Source of the DNA: an uncultured Gemmatimonadales bacterium
GTDB taxonomy: Bacteria > Gemmatimonadota > Gemmatimonadetes > Gemmatimonadales > GWC2-71-9
Length of the DNA stretch: 64,000 bases
Direction: 5' to 3'
Assembly: GCA_963771275.1 (NCBI GenBank)
Contig: CAVYSW010000003.1
Location: 864,001 to 928,000 of the forward strand
Shown one piece after another: positions 47,526 through 57,518 of the stretch. The notes under the pieces are model-generated. The model was not told the origin of the DNA. It made no database searches and saw nothing but the letters and a program-made list of their open reading frames with translations. Made by a program: the position numbers and the translations under genes. The first letter of the stretch is position 1. Each line of letters opens with the position of its first letter.

Positions 47526-49057
47526 CGGCCATGTCCTCGAATCGCACCATCGAGACGGTGCGTGCTGCCACGATCCTCACCGTCGTGGCAGCCCTGTGCG
47601 GCACCTGTTCCCGGGATCGCACCACCGGGCCGGACCCCACCCTGCAGTCGATGGGACCGCTCACGGCCGAAGGGGAGTTCATCGGCAATCTGTATGTGAA
47701 TGGGGAGAAGTCGACGCAAGGCTACTACGTGACCTTGCAGCCGTGGGACTCGGCAACGTGGTCCCGCCTGGACACCGTGCATAGCATCTCGATGTGGGGC
47801 AATCCCAGCCTGCCGCGCATGTGGGAGTGGTACGACCCCAAGGCCGCTGGGGCATGCGGCAACCTCAGCAGCTACCTGGCGGGGGACACGACGGCACGGG
47901 AGAGGGAGGGACACTGGTCAGGTCCCAACTCCCCGCCGGATCCCAACACGAAGGAGCGCCACTGCATCCGGCCGGGCGTGTATCGGTTCTCCGTCGCCGG
48001 CAAGTCATTCCTCGTGGACTACCTCTCTGTGAAATCGATTTCCGGCGGCGTGCTGTGGGTGTGGAACGATTCGGCCGGCGTCTACGAATCGTTGGAGGGC
48101 GATCCGGACGACACGGCCAACATATGGACGGATCTTCTCGTCAATGTGGATCTCGGCACAGGCCCGGACACTGAGACTCGCGTGCTCAACGTGGAAAACG
48201 CCGGGCACAACCCCGATACCACGGTATTTCGGAATCAGGACAACCCGTCCGGGCGCAGACGCGACTGGTTCCGCTTCTCGGTCGCGGGAAGCTCGTCCGG
48301 ATGGGTGGGCGACTCGTTCGGGAAGGCATTGGCACGACTGTATTGGGACTACGGGCGGGACAAGACTCGAAGGACGAACTACTACGACCCAATCAGTCCC
48401 ATGGGCCGGATCATTCGGCTTCACAGCTTCTATAGCCATGTGCAGAGCGATACAGATGTGAGCGTCGCGCTGGAGCTAATGCGCCCGGATGAGGAACCCA
48501 ACGATACCGTCAGCGTCGCGCAACGCTCCGTGCACATCGAGGGGAATGCACGGCCGAGCGCGAGTTTCAGCGTATCCTGCCAGCAACTGCCGTGCACGTT
48601 CGCGGACAGCAGCACGGACTCGGACGGCTCGATCGTCGCCTGGCGCTGGACGTTCGGCGACGGCGACTCGTCCACCGTCCAGAACCCGTCGCACACGTAC
48701 GCCCAAGGCGGTGAGTACCTGGTGCGGCTGATCGTGAGGGACAATGAGTCCGCCGTGGACACCGCTACTGGCACGGCGGCGCCGCTACAGCTCGCGATCA
48801 GCGGGCGTACCACCGTCAAGCCCAAGGTCACGTGCGAGTGGGATGCGTTCCCGCACGGCGGGAGCGGCGGCATGAGCTACTCGTGGCGAATCGGTGGACA
48901 AGAGGTGGGGACCGACGACTACCTGTACTGGTATACCGGCACCTTCGGCTTCCAGATTACGCTCATTGGTGCGGCCGGCGACGGGCAGGTGGACACGGCG
49001 GCGGTGACGGTCACGCTCAACAAGAACGCGCCGAGCTGCGTGCTCAAGCGGGGTTGA
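47522..49057 (+). CDS. Secreted PKD-domain protein
   Basis: Signal or lipobox-like N terminus; F.DSSTDSDGSIVAWRWTFGDG...NPSHTY...G.Y.V.L.V.D. Confidence 0.75.
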   Translation: MTAMSSNRTIETVRAATILTVVAALCGTCSRDRTTGPDPTLQSMGPLTAEGEFIGNLYVNGEKSTQGYYVTLQPWDSATWSRLDTVHSISMWGNPSLPRMWEWYDPKAAGACGNLSSYLAGDTTAREREGHWSGPNSPPDPNTKERHCIRPGVYRFSVAGKSFLVDYLSVKSISGGVLWVWNDSAGVYESLEGDPDDTANIWTDLLVNVDLGTGPDTETRVLNVENAGHNPDTTVFRNQDNPSGRRRDWFRFSVAGSSSGWVGDSFGKALARLYWDYGRDKTRRTNYYDPISPMGRIIRLHSFYSHVQSDTDVSVALELMRPDEEPNDTVSVAQRSVHIEGNARPSASFSVSCQQLPCTFADSSTDSDGSIVAWRWTFGDGDSSTVQNPSHTYAQGGEYLVRLIVRDNESAVDTATGTAAPLQLAISGRTTVKPKVTCEWDAFPHGGSGGMSYSWRIGGQEVGTDDYLYWYTGTFGFQITLIGAAGDGQVDTAAVTVTLNKNAPSCVLKRG

Positions 49058-49322
49058 CTCTCGCCCGGCACCTCCGCTGGATGCTCTGCCATGATCTCCG
49101 CCAGCGATCGCGCGGGTGGGCGCTGCGCAGAGGCCCTGCCCCAGCGTTTGCGGGAGGGCGACGAAGGCCAGCAACGCCCAAATTGCCCCGCCCTTCTTCT
49201 TAGGGGTCCCCGCTGGCCGCCGTTCACCTGCTAGCGCATTCGGCTAATGCCCGTTGCGGCGGCCCGCGGCCCGCTATCTTCCGGAGGCGGCCGCGGGGGC
49301 CCGTGCCGCATCGAGGAGACGC

Positions 49323-50642
49323 ATGACGCAGCGACGGAACCTGGCAATCCTGGTGGCGGGCGGCCCGGCGCCCGGCATCAACAGCGTGATCGCCGCGGCC
49401 ACGATCCGCGCGCGGCTCGAGGACGTCGAGGTCCTCGGCCTGCGCGACGGGTTCGAGTGGATCATGCAGGGCAACATCGACCACGTGACCTCGCTCGACA
49501 TCGACGACGTGAGCCGGATCCACTTCCGCGGCGGCTCGCACATCGGCATCTCGCGCGCCAATCCCACCAAGGATCCGCAGCATCTCGAGAACGCCGTGAT
49601 CTCGCTGCTCCGCCTCAACGTCTGGCAGCTCATCACCATCGGCGGCGACGACACGGCCTTCTCGGCGATGCGGCTCGCGGAGAAGGCGGCGGGACGGATC
49701 AACGTGGTGCACGTGCCCAAGACCATCGACAACGACCTCGATCTGCCGCCGTACGTCGACACGTTCGGGTTCCAGACGGCGCGCCACCACGGCGTGGACA
49801 TCGTCAAGAACCTCATGGTGGACGCCTGGACCACCTCGCGCTGGTATTTCGTGATCACCATGGGGCGCAAGGCCGGTCACCTGGCGCTCGGCATCGGCAA
49901 GGCGGCGGGGGCGACCCTGACCCTGATCCCCGAGGAATTCCAGGGGCGGCGCATCCGGCTCAAGACCATGGTGGACACGCTGGTCGGGGCCATCATCAAG
50001 CGCCTCTCCTACGGCCGCCTCGACGGCGTCGCCGTGATCGCCGAGGGGCTGGTGCTCGACATGGACTCCGAGGACCTCGCCACCCTCGAGGACGTCGAGC
50101 GGGACGCGCACGGGAACGTGCGCGTCGCCGAGGTGAACATCGGCGAGATCCTCAAGACGCGGGTGCAAGCGCGGCTCAAGGAGTTCGGCATCAAGACCAC
50201 CATCGTGGCCAAGAACATCGGCTACGAGCTGCGCTGCGCGGACCCCATTCCCCTCGACATGGAGTACACCCGCGACCTGGGCTATTGCGCCGCGAAATAC
50301 CTGATCGGCGGAGGGAACGGGGTGATGATCTCGATGCAGGCTGGCCGCTTCGTGCCCATCCCGTTCGCCGAGCTGCTCGACCCCGAGACCGGCCGCACCA
50401 AGGTGCGGCTGGTGGACATCAACTCGACCCGCTACGCCATCGCGCGGCGCTACATGATCCGGCTCAGGCGCGACGATTTCGAGGACCCGCACGAGCTCGC
50501 GCGGTTCGCGGCCACCTGCGGCATCACGCTGGCCGAGTTCCGCGCGCAGTTCGAGTACCTGGTGGGAGCCGAGCCCCCGCCGCTGGTGCTGGACGGCTCC
50601 CCTAGCCCTCCTGCGCCACGTCCGCCGGATACTCGGCCGTGA
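49323..50642 (+). CDS. pfp: 6-phosphofructokinase, probably PPi-dependent
   Basis: GGPAPGIN, GGDDT (Asp at the donor-determining position), PKTIDNDL, MGR.AGHLA, GYELRC. Confidence 0.88.
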   Translation: MTQRRNLAILVAGGPAPGINSVIAAATIRARLEDVEVLGLRDGFEWIMQGNIDHVTSLDIDDVSRIHFRGGSHIGISRANPTKDPQHLENAVISLLRLNVWQLITIGGDDTAFSAMRLAEKAAGRINVVHVPKTIDNDLDLPPYVDTFGFQTARHHGVDIVKNLMVDAWTTSRWYFVITMGRKAGHLALGIGKAAGATLTLIPEEFQGRRIRLKTMVDTLVGAIIKRLSYGRLDGVAVIAEGLVLDMDSEDLATLEDVERDAHGNVRVAEVNIGEILKTRVQARLKEFGIKTTIVAKNIGYELRCADPIPLDMEYTRDLGYCAAKYLIGGGNGVMISMQAGRFVPIPFAELLDPETGRTKVRLVDINSTRYAIARRYMIRLRRDDFEDPHELARFAATCGITLAEFRAQFEYLVGAEPPPLVLDGSPSPPAPRPPDTRP

Positions 50643-51861
50643 TGTCCGCGCGCGCGATGGCGCGCGCGGGACCTGCCGCGGGCTCGGGCCGCGGCGCCGG
50701 CGCCAGCGTGCGGGCCAGCGGCAGCGTGATCAGCACCAGCAGGGCCGAGATCCAGAACGGCACGCCCACCCCAAACCGGTCCATCAGGAGCCCCGCGCCG
50801 ATCGGGAACACCACGCGCGACACGCCCCCGAACGTGTGTTGGACCCCCATGTAGAGCCCGCGCTCGCCGCTCCCCACGACCTGCGACAACATGCCCGTGA
50901 CGCAGGGGAAGAGGAACCCGGTGCCGATCGGCATGAGCGTGAACCCCGCGAGCAGCACCGGCCCGCTCCGTGCCACGCCGGTCGCCGCGAGCCCCCCCGC
51001 GAGCGCGAGCGCGCCGAGCCGCGCCACCCGCACCTCCCCCAGCCGGTCCACCAGCCGCCCCAGCGCGACCGAGCGCACCACCACGCCCATCCCTCCCAAG
51101 TACATGATGAAGTAGCCGACCGTATGCTCGGTGACGCCGAACCGCCCGCTCAGCAGCAGCGGCACGGTCTGAATCGTCCCGTAGAAGGCGCCGATCGCGA
51201 CGGTGTAGATCCAGATGAGCCTGGAGGCGGGCTCCCGCCACTGCGATACCACGCGCGCGATCGCGGCCCGGCCGCTCCGCGGTTCGGCGGGCTTCGCGTG
51301 GGCCACCGACGCGCGCAGCTCGCGTGATTCCCGCAGGAAGCGCAACGCGAACGCGGCCACGAGGAGCGAGAGGGCCGCGGCCCCCAGCCCCGGCGCGTGG
51401 CGCCCGCCCGCCCCAACCAGCACCGAGCCCAGCGCGGGCCCCGCCACCGCGCCCAGGCTCGTCACGGCCGACAGCCAGCCGAGGCTCTTGGTGCGCTGCT
51501 CCGGCGGTGACGCGTCGGCGACATAGGCCTGCACCACCCCGATCGTCCCGCCGCCCAGACCCTGCACCACCCGCGAGAGCAACAGCAACCACACGTTGCC
51601 GGCGAACGCGAACACCACGTAGGCCACGGCGGTGATCGCCAGTCCCGCCAGAATCGCCGGCCTGCGGCCGTACCGATCCGAGAACCGCCCCCACGCCGGC
51701 GCGCACGCCAGCTGGGCCAGCGAGAACGCGGAGATGAGGAGGCCGACCACCAGCGCGGAGGCGCCGAACTCCTTGGCGTAATAGGGCAGGAGGGGCACGA
51801 TCATGGCGAGCCCCACCATGTCCACGAACGCCGTCACGAACAGCACGAGCAGACGGGCCAC
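50602..51861 (-). CDS. MFS transporter, Tet/DHA1-like
   Basis: D.VG....VP.LPYY, G.FSDRYGRRP, RVVQGL.GG, AYVAD, G...GP..G. Confidence 0.9.
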   Translation of the reverse strand: MARLLVLFVTAFVDMVGLAMIVPLLPYYAKEFGASALVVGLLISAFSLAQLACAPAWGRFSDRYGRRPAILAGLAITAVAYVVFAFAGNVWLLLLSRVVQGLGGGTIGVVQAYVADASPPEQRTKSLGWLSAVTSLGAVAGPALGSVLVGAGGRHAPGLGAAALSLLVAAFALRFLRESRELRASVAHAKPAEPRSGRAAIARVVSQWREPASRLIWIYTVAIGAFYGTIQTVPLLLSGRFGVTEHTVGYFIMYLGGMGVVVRSVALGRLVDRLGEVRVARLGALALAGGLAATGVARSGPVLLAGFTLMPIGTGFLFPCVTGMLSQVVGSGERGLYMGVQHTFGGVSRVVFPIGAGLLMDRFGVGVPFWISALLVLITLPLARTLAPAPRPEPAAGPARAIARADITAEYPADVAQEG

Positions 51862-52109
51862 GCGACCTCGAAGGGAACGGGCTTGTCAGAACGGCTGGGT
51901 GGTGCAAGTTCGCTCCCCCGGACCGGCGGCGCAAATCCCCCTTTCCCTGCGTTCTCGGTCTGCCCGCTCCCCACCGGCCAATCGCCCGCCGCTCGCGGTC
52001 ACCGCCGGGGGGAAGCGGCCGCACTGATCCGGTACCGCCGGCGTCATTGCGGCACTCGGCCGGCCGAGCGTATGCTGCATGGTGGGGACCGGCTCAACGG
52101 GGAGATCCC

Positions 52110-52427
52110 GTGCCGGTCACTGCCAAGCTGTCCCGCAAGTTCTACGACGCGCTCGGCGACGACGTCGCCAACGAGCTCGTGGAGTGGTTCAACCAATTGG
52201 ACCTGACCTACCGGACCGAGCTCCGAGACCTGAACGAGGTGAACTTCGCGCGCTTCGACGCGAAGCTCGAGCAGCGCGTGGCGCAGCTTGACAGCCGGAT
52301 AGACCGGCTCGAAGCAAACGTCGACGCCAAGCTCGACCGGCTCCGCGTCGAGTTGATCAAGTGGATGTTCCTGTTCTGGCTGGGCACGGTGGGACTCGTC
52401 TTGACGTTGGTGACGCAGCTCCGGTAG
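52110..52427 (+). CDS. Coiled-coil protein with C-terminal TM (DUF1640/CCDC90-like)
   Basis: SD GGAG; KLS.KFYD.LGD.VANELV.W, heptad region, LIKWMFLFW tail. Confidence 0.7.
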   Translation: MPVTAKLSRKFYDALGDDVANELVEWFNQLDLTYRTELRDLNEVNFARFDAKLEQRVAQLDSRIDRLEANVDAKLDRLRVELIKWMFLFWLGTVGLVLTLVTQLR

Positions 52428-52435
52428 GAGCGGCA

Positions 52436-52564
52436 GAATGCTGAAGAAGGTAGAAGGCTGAGGGTAGAAGGATCGGAACCCCGCGGCTCCGCCCTGGGAT
52501 CTGCAATCTGCAATGCCGAGCCCGGTTTGGTATCCTCGTTTCCCGTTCCCCCTTTCCCGTTTCC
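52436..52564. repeat. Short heptanucleotide tandem repeats
   Basis: GAAGGTA/GAAGGCT/GAGGGTA/GAAGGAT (52446-52473), ATCTGCA x2 (52499-52512), CGTTTCC-like x4 (52537-52564). Confidence 0.65.
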
Positions 52565-52631
52565 CTCCCCGAGTACCGCTCCCGCCGCCATCGACATATC
52601 CTACCGTCGGCATGACAATCCCGGGGACGCA

Positions 52632-53687
52632 ATGACCGACCAGCGGCAACGCATCCGCCTCACGGCGCTGTCACACGGCGCGGGTTGAGCCTGCAAGCTC
52701 GGTGAAGCCGAGCTGACGCAGGTCCTGCGCCACGTGCCCGCCGTCGAGGACCCGCGGGTCCTCGTGGACGCCGCCACGCGCGACGACGCCGCCGTATTCC
52801 AGGTGGCGCCCGATCGCGCCCTCGTGGTGACGGTGGACTTCTTTTCGCCCATCGTGGACGACCCGCATACGTTCGGCGCGATCGCCGCGACCAACGCCCT
52901 GAGCGACCTGTACGCCATGGGCGCCCGCCCGCTGTTCGGGCTCAACCTCGTCGCGTGGCCTCGTGCCTCTGAGGTGCTCGCGCTGCTCGGCGAGACCCTG
53001 CGGGGTGGCGCCGACGTGGCCCGGCGGGCGGGGCTCCTGATCCTGGGCGGCCATTCGATCGACGACCCGGAGCCCAAGTATGGCCTCGTGGCAGTGGGCG
53101 AGGCCCACCCCGACCGGATCGTCCGGATCTCGGGCGCGCGGCCCGGCGATCAGCTCGTGCTCACCAAGCCGATCGGGACCGGCATCCTGAGCACGGCGCT
53201 CAAGCGGGACCTGATCGCCGAGCGCGATATGGCCGAGGCGGTACGCAGCATGACGACGCTGAATGCCGCGGCGATGGACGCGATGCTGGCGCTCGGAAAG
53301 GACCTCCACGCCTGCACCGACGTCACGGGCTTCGGGCTGCTTGGCCACCTGCACAACATGATGCGGGCGAGCGGCGTCGGCGCGCGCCTCCAGGCGGGCG
53401 CCGTGCCGGTATTCGCCAAGGTGCCGGAGCTCGCCGCCGCGGGCGCGGTTCCAGGCGGCACGACGCGCAACCTCGAGGCCGCGGCGGAATACGCCCGCTG
53501 GGGGGCCCACGTCTCCGGCGTGCTGCGAACGGTGCTGGCCGATGCGCAGACCTCGGGCGGACTGCTCATCGCCGCCGCCCCCGACGCGGCGCCGCGGCTG
53601 CTGGGCGAGCTGGCCGCGCGCCAGACGCTCGCGGTGATCGTCGGTGAGGTCATTGCGCACCCGACGGGCGTCGTGGAGGTGGCATGA
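52632..53687 (+). CDS. selD: Selenophosphate synthetase, selenocysteine-containing
   Basis: MTDQRQRIRLTALSHGAG-TGA-ACKL (UxxK); DDAAV, TVDFFSP, NALSDLYAMG, GGHSID, LTKPIGTG, TDVTGFGLLGH, DAQTSGGLL. Confidence 0.95.
52689..52723 (+). promoter_or_regulatory. Bacterial SECIS-like hairpin
   Basis: GCCTGC-A-AGCTCGG-TGAAG-CCGAGCT-GAC-GCAGGT directly 3' of TGA 52686-52688. Confidence 0.7.
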
Positions 53688-54268
53688 CCGCGGCGGTCGT
53701 GCACGCGGACGAGAGCTGCCTGGGGAACGGCCGGGAGGGGGCGAACCCTGGCGGGGCCGGCATGCTGATCGAGGTCGCGCCCCAGGGGCAGATCGTCCGG
53801 CGGGATCTCTACCTCGCCTCGCTCGACACCACCAACAACCGCATGGCCCTGTCGGGCGCGATCGCCACCATGGCGCTGCTGTCCGGCAAGGGCGAGCGGC
53901 TCGCGATCGTCTACGTGTCGGACTCGGAGTATCTGGTCAAAGGCATGCGGGAATGGGTGCCGTCGTGGCGGGCCCGCGGCTGGAAGCGGAAGGGGGGCGC
54001 GATCGAGAACCTCGAGCTGTGGCAGACCCTGCTCCAGGTCGCCTCGCGACACGCGGTCGCGTGGCGCTGGGTGCGCGGGCACGCCGGCGACCCTAAGAAT
54101 GAATACGCGGACCATCTGGCAGTCCGCGCGGCGGAGGAACAGTCGACGTCCGCCGGGGCGGTCGAATCCGGATTCATGGCATGGCTGGAAGCGCGCCGCG
54201 CGCGCGGCCGGTTCACGGACTACGACCCCGACGCGGCGTTCCAGGACCTCGTGAGCGAGCTCGCATGA
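53684..54268 (+). CDS. rnhA: Ribonuclease HI
   Basis: DESCLGN..NPGG.G, TTNNRM, SDS.Y...G...W, N.ELW, WVRGHAG...NE.AD.LA. Confidence 0.92.
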   Translation: MTAAVVHADESCLGNGREGANPGGAGMLIEVAPQGQIVRRDLYLASLDTTNNRMALSGAIATMALLSGKGERLAIVYVSDSEYLVKGMREWVPSWRARGWKRKGGAIENLELWQTLLQVASRHAVAWRWVRGHAGDPKNEYADHLAVRAAEEQSTSAGAVESGFMAWLEARRARGRFTDYDPDAAFQDLVSELA

Positions 54269-54771
54269 ATCCCAACATCTTCTTCAAGGACGGCGTGCCG
54301 GAGAACACCCACCCGCTCAACGTGGGCTTCGATGCGCCGGGCGAGCCCGACCGCATTCCGTTGTACGAGGTGTACATGCGGATGGCGGAAGAGCTGGCGA
54401 AGCGCTCGACGTGCTCGCGGCTGCAGGTGGGGACCGTCGTGACCGACGCCCGGCTCGAGAACGTCCTGGCGATCGGCTACAACGGCAACGCGCGCGGGCT
54501 GCCCAACCGCTGCGATTCGACCGTTCCGGGCCAATGCGGCTGCATTCACTCCGAAGTGAACGCGCTGATCAAGGCACCCGGCGCGGTCAAGGACAAGGTC
54601 GTCTTCGTGTCGAACAGCCCGTGCGTGATGTGCGCCAAGCTGATCATCAACTCCGGCGTCACCCACGTGTACTACCGGCGTGTCTACCGCGACCCGAGCG
54701 GCGTCGAATTGCTCGCTTCCGCAGGCGTGACGCCGGTGGTGTATACGCGGTGGGAGTCCGCGTGGCGCTGA
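54265..54771 (+). CDS. dCMP deaminase family (ComEB-like)
   Basis: RSTC.R.QVG, GYNG, HSEVNAL, SPCVMCAKLIINSG. Confidence 0.9.
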   Translation: MNPNIFFKDGVPENTHPLNVGFDAPGEPDRIPLYEVYMRMAEELAKRSTCSRLQVGTVVTDARLENVLAIGYNGNARGLPNRCDSTVPGQCGCIHSEVNALIKAPGAVKDKVVFVSNSPCVMCAKLIINSGVTHVYYRRVYRDPSGVELLASAGVTPVVYTRWESAWR

Positions 54772-55490
54772 TCGAGCCGGCGGACGTCGAGCGGCTGTTT
54801 CGCGCCGTCGTGACGACGCTGGCCGAGCGCGATCCTGGCCGGCTGGCCGCACCGCTGCAGGTGGCCGAGCTGTACCAGCAGATCGTCCCCTACCGCACGC
54901 ACCGCGCGCGGCTCGGATTCGACACCCACCAGGACTACGAGGGCGCGATCCTCGGCCTGCTCGCCGGGCTGGGTGGATACGCCGACCTCGAGCCGACCGA
55001 GGCGCGGAACGCGCTCGCCGCCGAGATCGAGAGTCCGAATCCGGATCCCGGGGCGGTGCGCGAGTTTGCCGGCGCGCGGGTGCGGCTGAACGCGAACCGC
55101 GTGCGCGCGGTCTTGGACGCCCAGAGGGCGTTCGCGCCGCCGCCGGCCGTCACGCCGCCACCCCCACCCCAAGCTTTGGAACCACCGGCTCCGCCCGAGG
55201 CCATGTCCTCGCCCGCGCCCGCGGAGCCGGCTCCCCCCGTGGTGTCTCCCTTCGCGCTCGATGCGGAAGAGCACGCGGGAACCATGAAACAGGCATCCGG
55301 GCGGCCACCGGCCGCATCCACCGAGATGGCCTGCCCGCGGTGCGCTCGGCCGCTGCCGACCGACCGGCCGGTCGTGTTCTGCCCGTATTGCGGGACGACC
55401 GTCGGGGCGGTCACCTGCACCCGCTGCGGCGACGAGCTGCGGCCGGATTGGCGGTTCTGCCCGCGCTGCGGGCACGCGTCCGGTAAGTGA
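54762..55490 (+). CDS. Double zinc ribbon domain protein
   Basis: C-terminal CPRC, CPYCG, CTRC, CPRCG after a Pro-rich linker. Confidence 0.8.
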   Translation: MALIEPADVERLFRAVVTTLAERDPGRLAAPLQVAELYQQIVPYRTHRARLGFDTHQDYEGAILGLLAGLGGYADLEPTEARNALAAEIESPNPDPGAVREFAGARVRLNANRVRAVLDAQRAFAPPPAVTPPPPPQALEPPAPPEAMSSPAPAEPAPPVVSPFALDAEEHAGTMKQASGRPPAASTEMACPRCARPLPTDRPVVFCPYCGTTVGAVTCTRCGDELRPDWRFCPRCGHASGK

Positions 55491-56539
55491 CGGCGCGTTT
55501 CTGCCGCATCGCCACCATCGCCGGCGACGGCGTGGGGCCTGAAGTGGTCCATGCGGTCCTCCCCGCGATCGAGCGCGCCGCGGCGCTCGAACGGGTGCGC
55601 ATCGCCTGGGAGCACCTGCCGCTCGGCGCCGAGCACTACCTCGCGACCGGCGAGACCCTGCCGCAGGCCACGTTCGAGCACCTGCGTGACGACATGGACG
55701 CGATCCTCCTGGGCGCGCTCGGCGACCCCCGCGTGCCTGGCAACGAGCACGCGCGCGACATCCTGCTGGGACTCCGCTTCCGGCTCGACTTGTACATCAA
55801 CTTCCGGCCGGTGCGGCTGTACCACCCCGACCTCACCCCGCTCCGCTCCGGAAGGAGCATCGATTTCGTGATCTTCCGCGAAAACACCGAGGGAGCTTAT
55901 CTGGCGCGCGGCACCTCGGCGAACGTCGGGACGCCGACCGAGGAACAGGTCTCCCACGAGGTGCACACGGCCCCCAAGGTGGCGCGCATCATCCGCGCGG
56001 CGTTCGAGTGGGCGACGGCGCACGGCAAGACCCGGGTCACCCTGACCGACAAGGCGAACGCCATTCCGGCGCACCAGCTCGGGCAGCGGCTGTTCCGGGA
56101 GATCGGCGAGGAGTACCCCGGCGTCGAGCGCGAGCACCGCTACGTGGACACGATCGCGATGGAGTTCGTGCGCCAGCCCGAGCGGTTCCAGGTGGTGGTC
56201 GCCAACAACCTCTACGGCGACATTCTGTCCGACCTCGGCGCCGGGCTCGTGGGCGGGCTGGGGCTCGCCGCGAGCGCCAACCTCCATCCCGGCCGCGCGG
56301 GCCTGTTCGAGCCGGTGCACGGGTCCGCGCCCAACCTCGCCGGCCGAGGCATCGCCAACCCCATGGCGGCGGCGCTCAGCGGCGCGCTGATGCTCGAGAG
56401 CCTCGGCCTCACGCAGGCCGCCACCGCGCTCGAGCGAGCGGTGGTCGCGGCGCTCGACGCCGGGGTCCGCACCCCGGACCTCGGCGGCACGGCGACGACC
56501 GTGGCGGCGGCAGCGAAGATCACCGACCTGATCGCCTAG
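55487..56539 (+). CDS. leuB: 3-isopropylmalate/tartrate dehydrogenase family
   Basis: GDGVGPEV, RENTEG.Y, DKAN, NLYGDILSDL, EPVHGSAP, TPDLGG. Exact substrate not certain. Confidence 0.75.
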   Translation: MTARFCRIATIAGDGVGPEVVHAVLPAIERAAALERVRIAWEHLPLGAEHYLATGETLPQATFEHLRDDMDAILLGALGDPRVPGNEHARDILLGLRFRLDLYINFRPVRLYHPDLTPLRSGRSIDFVIFRENTEGAYLARGTSANVGTPTEEQVSHEVHTAPKVARIIRAAFEWATAHGKTRVTLTDKANAIPAHQLGQRLFREIGEEYPGVEREHRYVDTIAMEFVRQPERFQVVVANNLYGDILSDLGAGLVGGLGLAASANLHPGRAGLFEPVHGSAPNLAGRGIANPMAAALSGALMLESLGLTQAATALERAVVAALDAGVRTPDLGGTATTVAAAAKITDLIA

Positions 56540-56674
56540 CCCTCCCCCTCCCCCACCGCGATATTCCACATCTCCCTGCGTCGAGGCTCGCATCAAGACT
56601 CGGGGCAGGCAAGTGAACCAGGCGGCGGTCAGGACGCAGCGGTGGTCGTCGAGGCTTTCTAGCAGGGGGAGACC

Positions 56675-57514
56675 ATGGAAATCCTGTTCGCGATCGCGGG
56701 CGGGCTCGCGGTCTACATCTTCGCGGGGCTGCGCATTCTCAAGCAGTACGAGCGGGGCGTGAGCTTCCTGCTGGGGAAGTACTGGGGCACGAAGGGCCCT
56801 GGATTGGTGTTCATCCCGGCCGGCTTCGCGCACATGCGGCGGGTTTCGCTCCGCATCGTCGCGATGGACGTGCCGCCCCAGGACGTGATCACGCGCGACA
56901 ACGTCTCGATCAAGGTCAACGCGGTCCTGTACATGCGGGTCAAGAGCCCGGAGACGGCCGTGATCGAGATCGAGGACTACCTCTACGCCACGAGCCAGCT
57001 CGCGCAGACGACCCTGCGCAGCGTGCTCGGCGAGGCGGAGCTGGACGAGCTGCTGGCCGACCGCGAGAAGATCAACGCGATCCTCCAGAAGATCGTCGAG
57101 GAGCGGACCGACTCGTGGGGCGTCGAGGTGTCGGCGGTGGAGGTGAAGGACGTGGACCTGCCGGTCGAGATGAAACGGGCCATGGCGCGCCAGGCCGAGG
57201 CCGAGCGCGAGCGGCGGGCCAAGATCATCGCGGCGGAGGGGGAGTTCCAGGCGGCGGACAAGCTGTCGCAGGCGGCGGCCGTGATCTCCCGGCACCCGGA
57301 GGCGCTCCAGCTCCGCTACCTGCAGACGCTGGTCGAGGTCGCCGCCGAGAACAACTCCACCACGGTCTTCCCGGTGCCGATCGACCTGCTCACGCCGTTC
57401 ATGGAGATGGCCAAGCGGGGCGCGGCCGCGCGGGAAGCCGCGGGGGAGAGGTCGCTCCCCGCGTCCACCGGGACCCCGGTGCCCGCCGCCGAGCCCGAGC
57501 GCACGCGCAGCTGA
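56675..57514 (+). CDS. Slipin/stomatin (SPFH) protein
   Basis: [55 protein letters not shown]. Confidence 0.93.
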   Translation: MEILFAIAGGLAVYIFAGLRILKQYERGVSFLLGKYWGTKGPGLVFIPAGFAHMRRVSLRIVAMDVPPQDVITRDNVSIKVNAVLYMRVKSPETAVIEIEDYLYATSQLAQTTLRSVLGEAELDELLADREKINAILQKIVEERTDSWGVEVSAVEVKDVDLPVEMKRAMARQAEAERERRAKIIAAEGEFQAADKLSQAAAVISRHPEALQLRYLQTLVEVAAENNSTTVFPVPIDLLTPFMEMAKRGAAAREAAGERSLPASTGTPVPAAEPERTRS

Positions 57515-57518
57515 GCCG

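Noticed and set aside
50602..50642. 41-bp convergent overlap of pfp and the MFS gene
   Set aside because: Low-complexity tails; common in GC-rich genomes.
53684..55490. Anti-phage system (RNase H, deaminase, zinc ribbon)
   Set aside because: The proteins look like ordinary single-domain housekeeping enzymes in a core-gene context. There is no kinase-fused dCTP deaminase, reverse transcriptase or defence-island neighbourhood.
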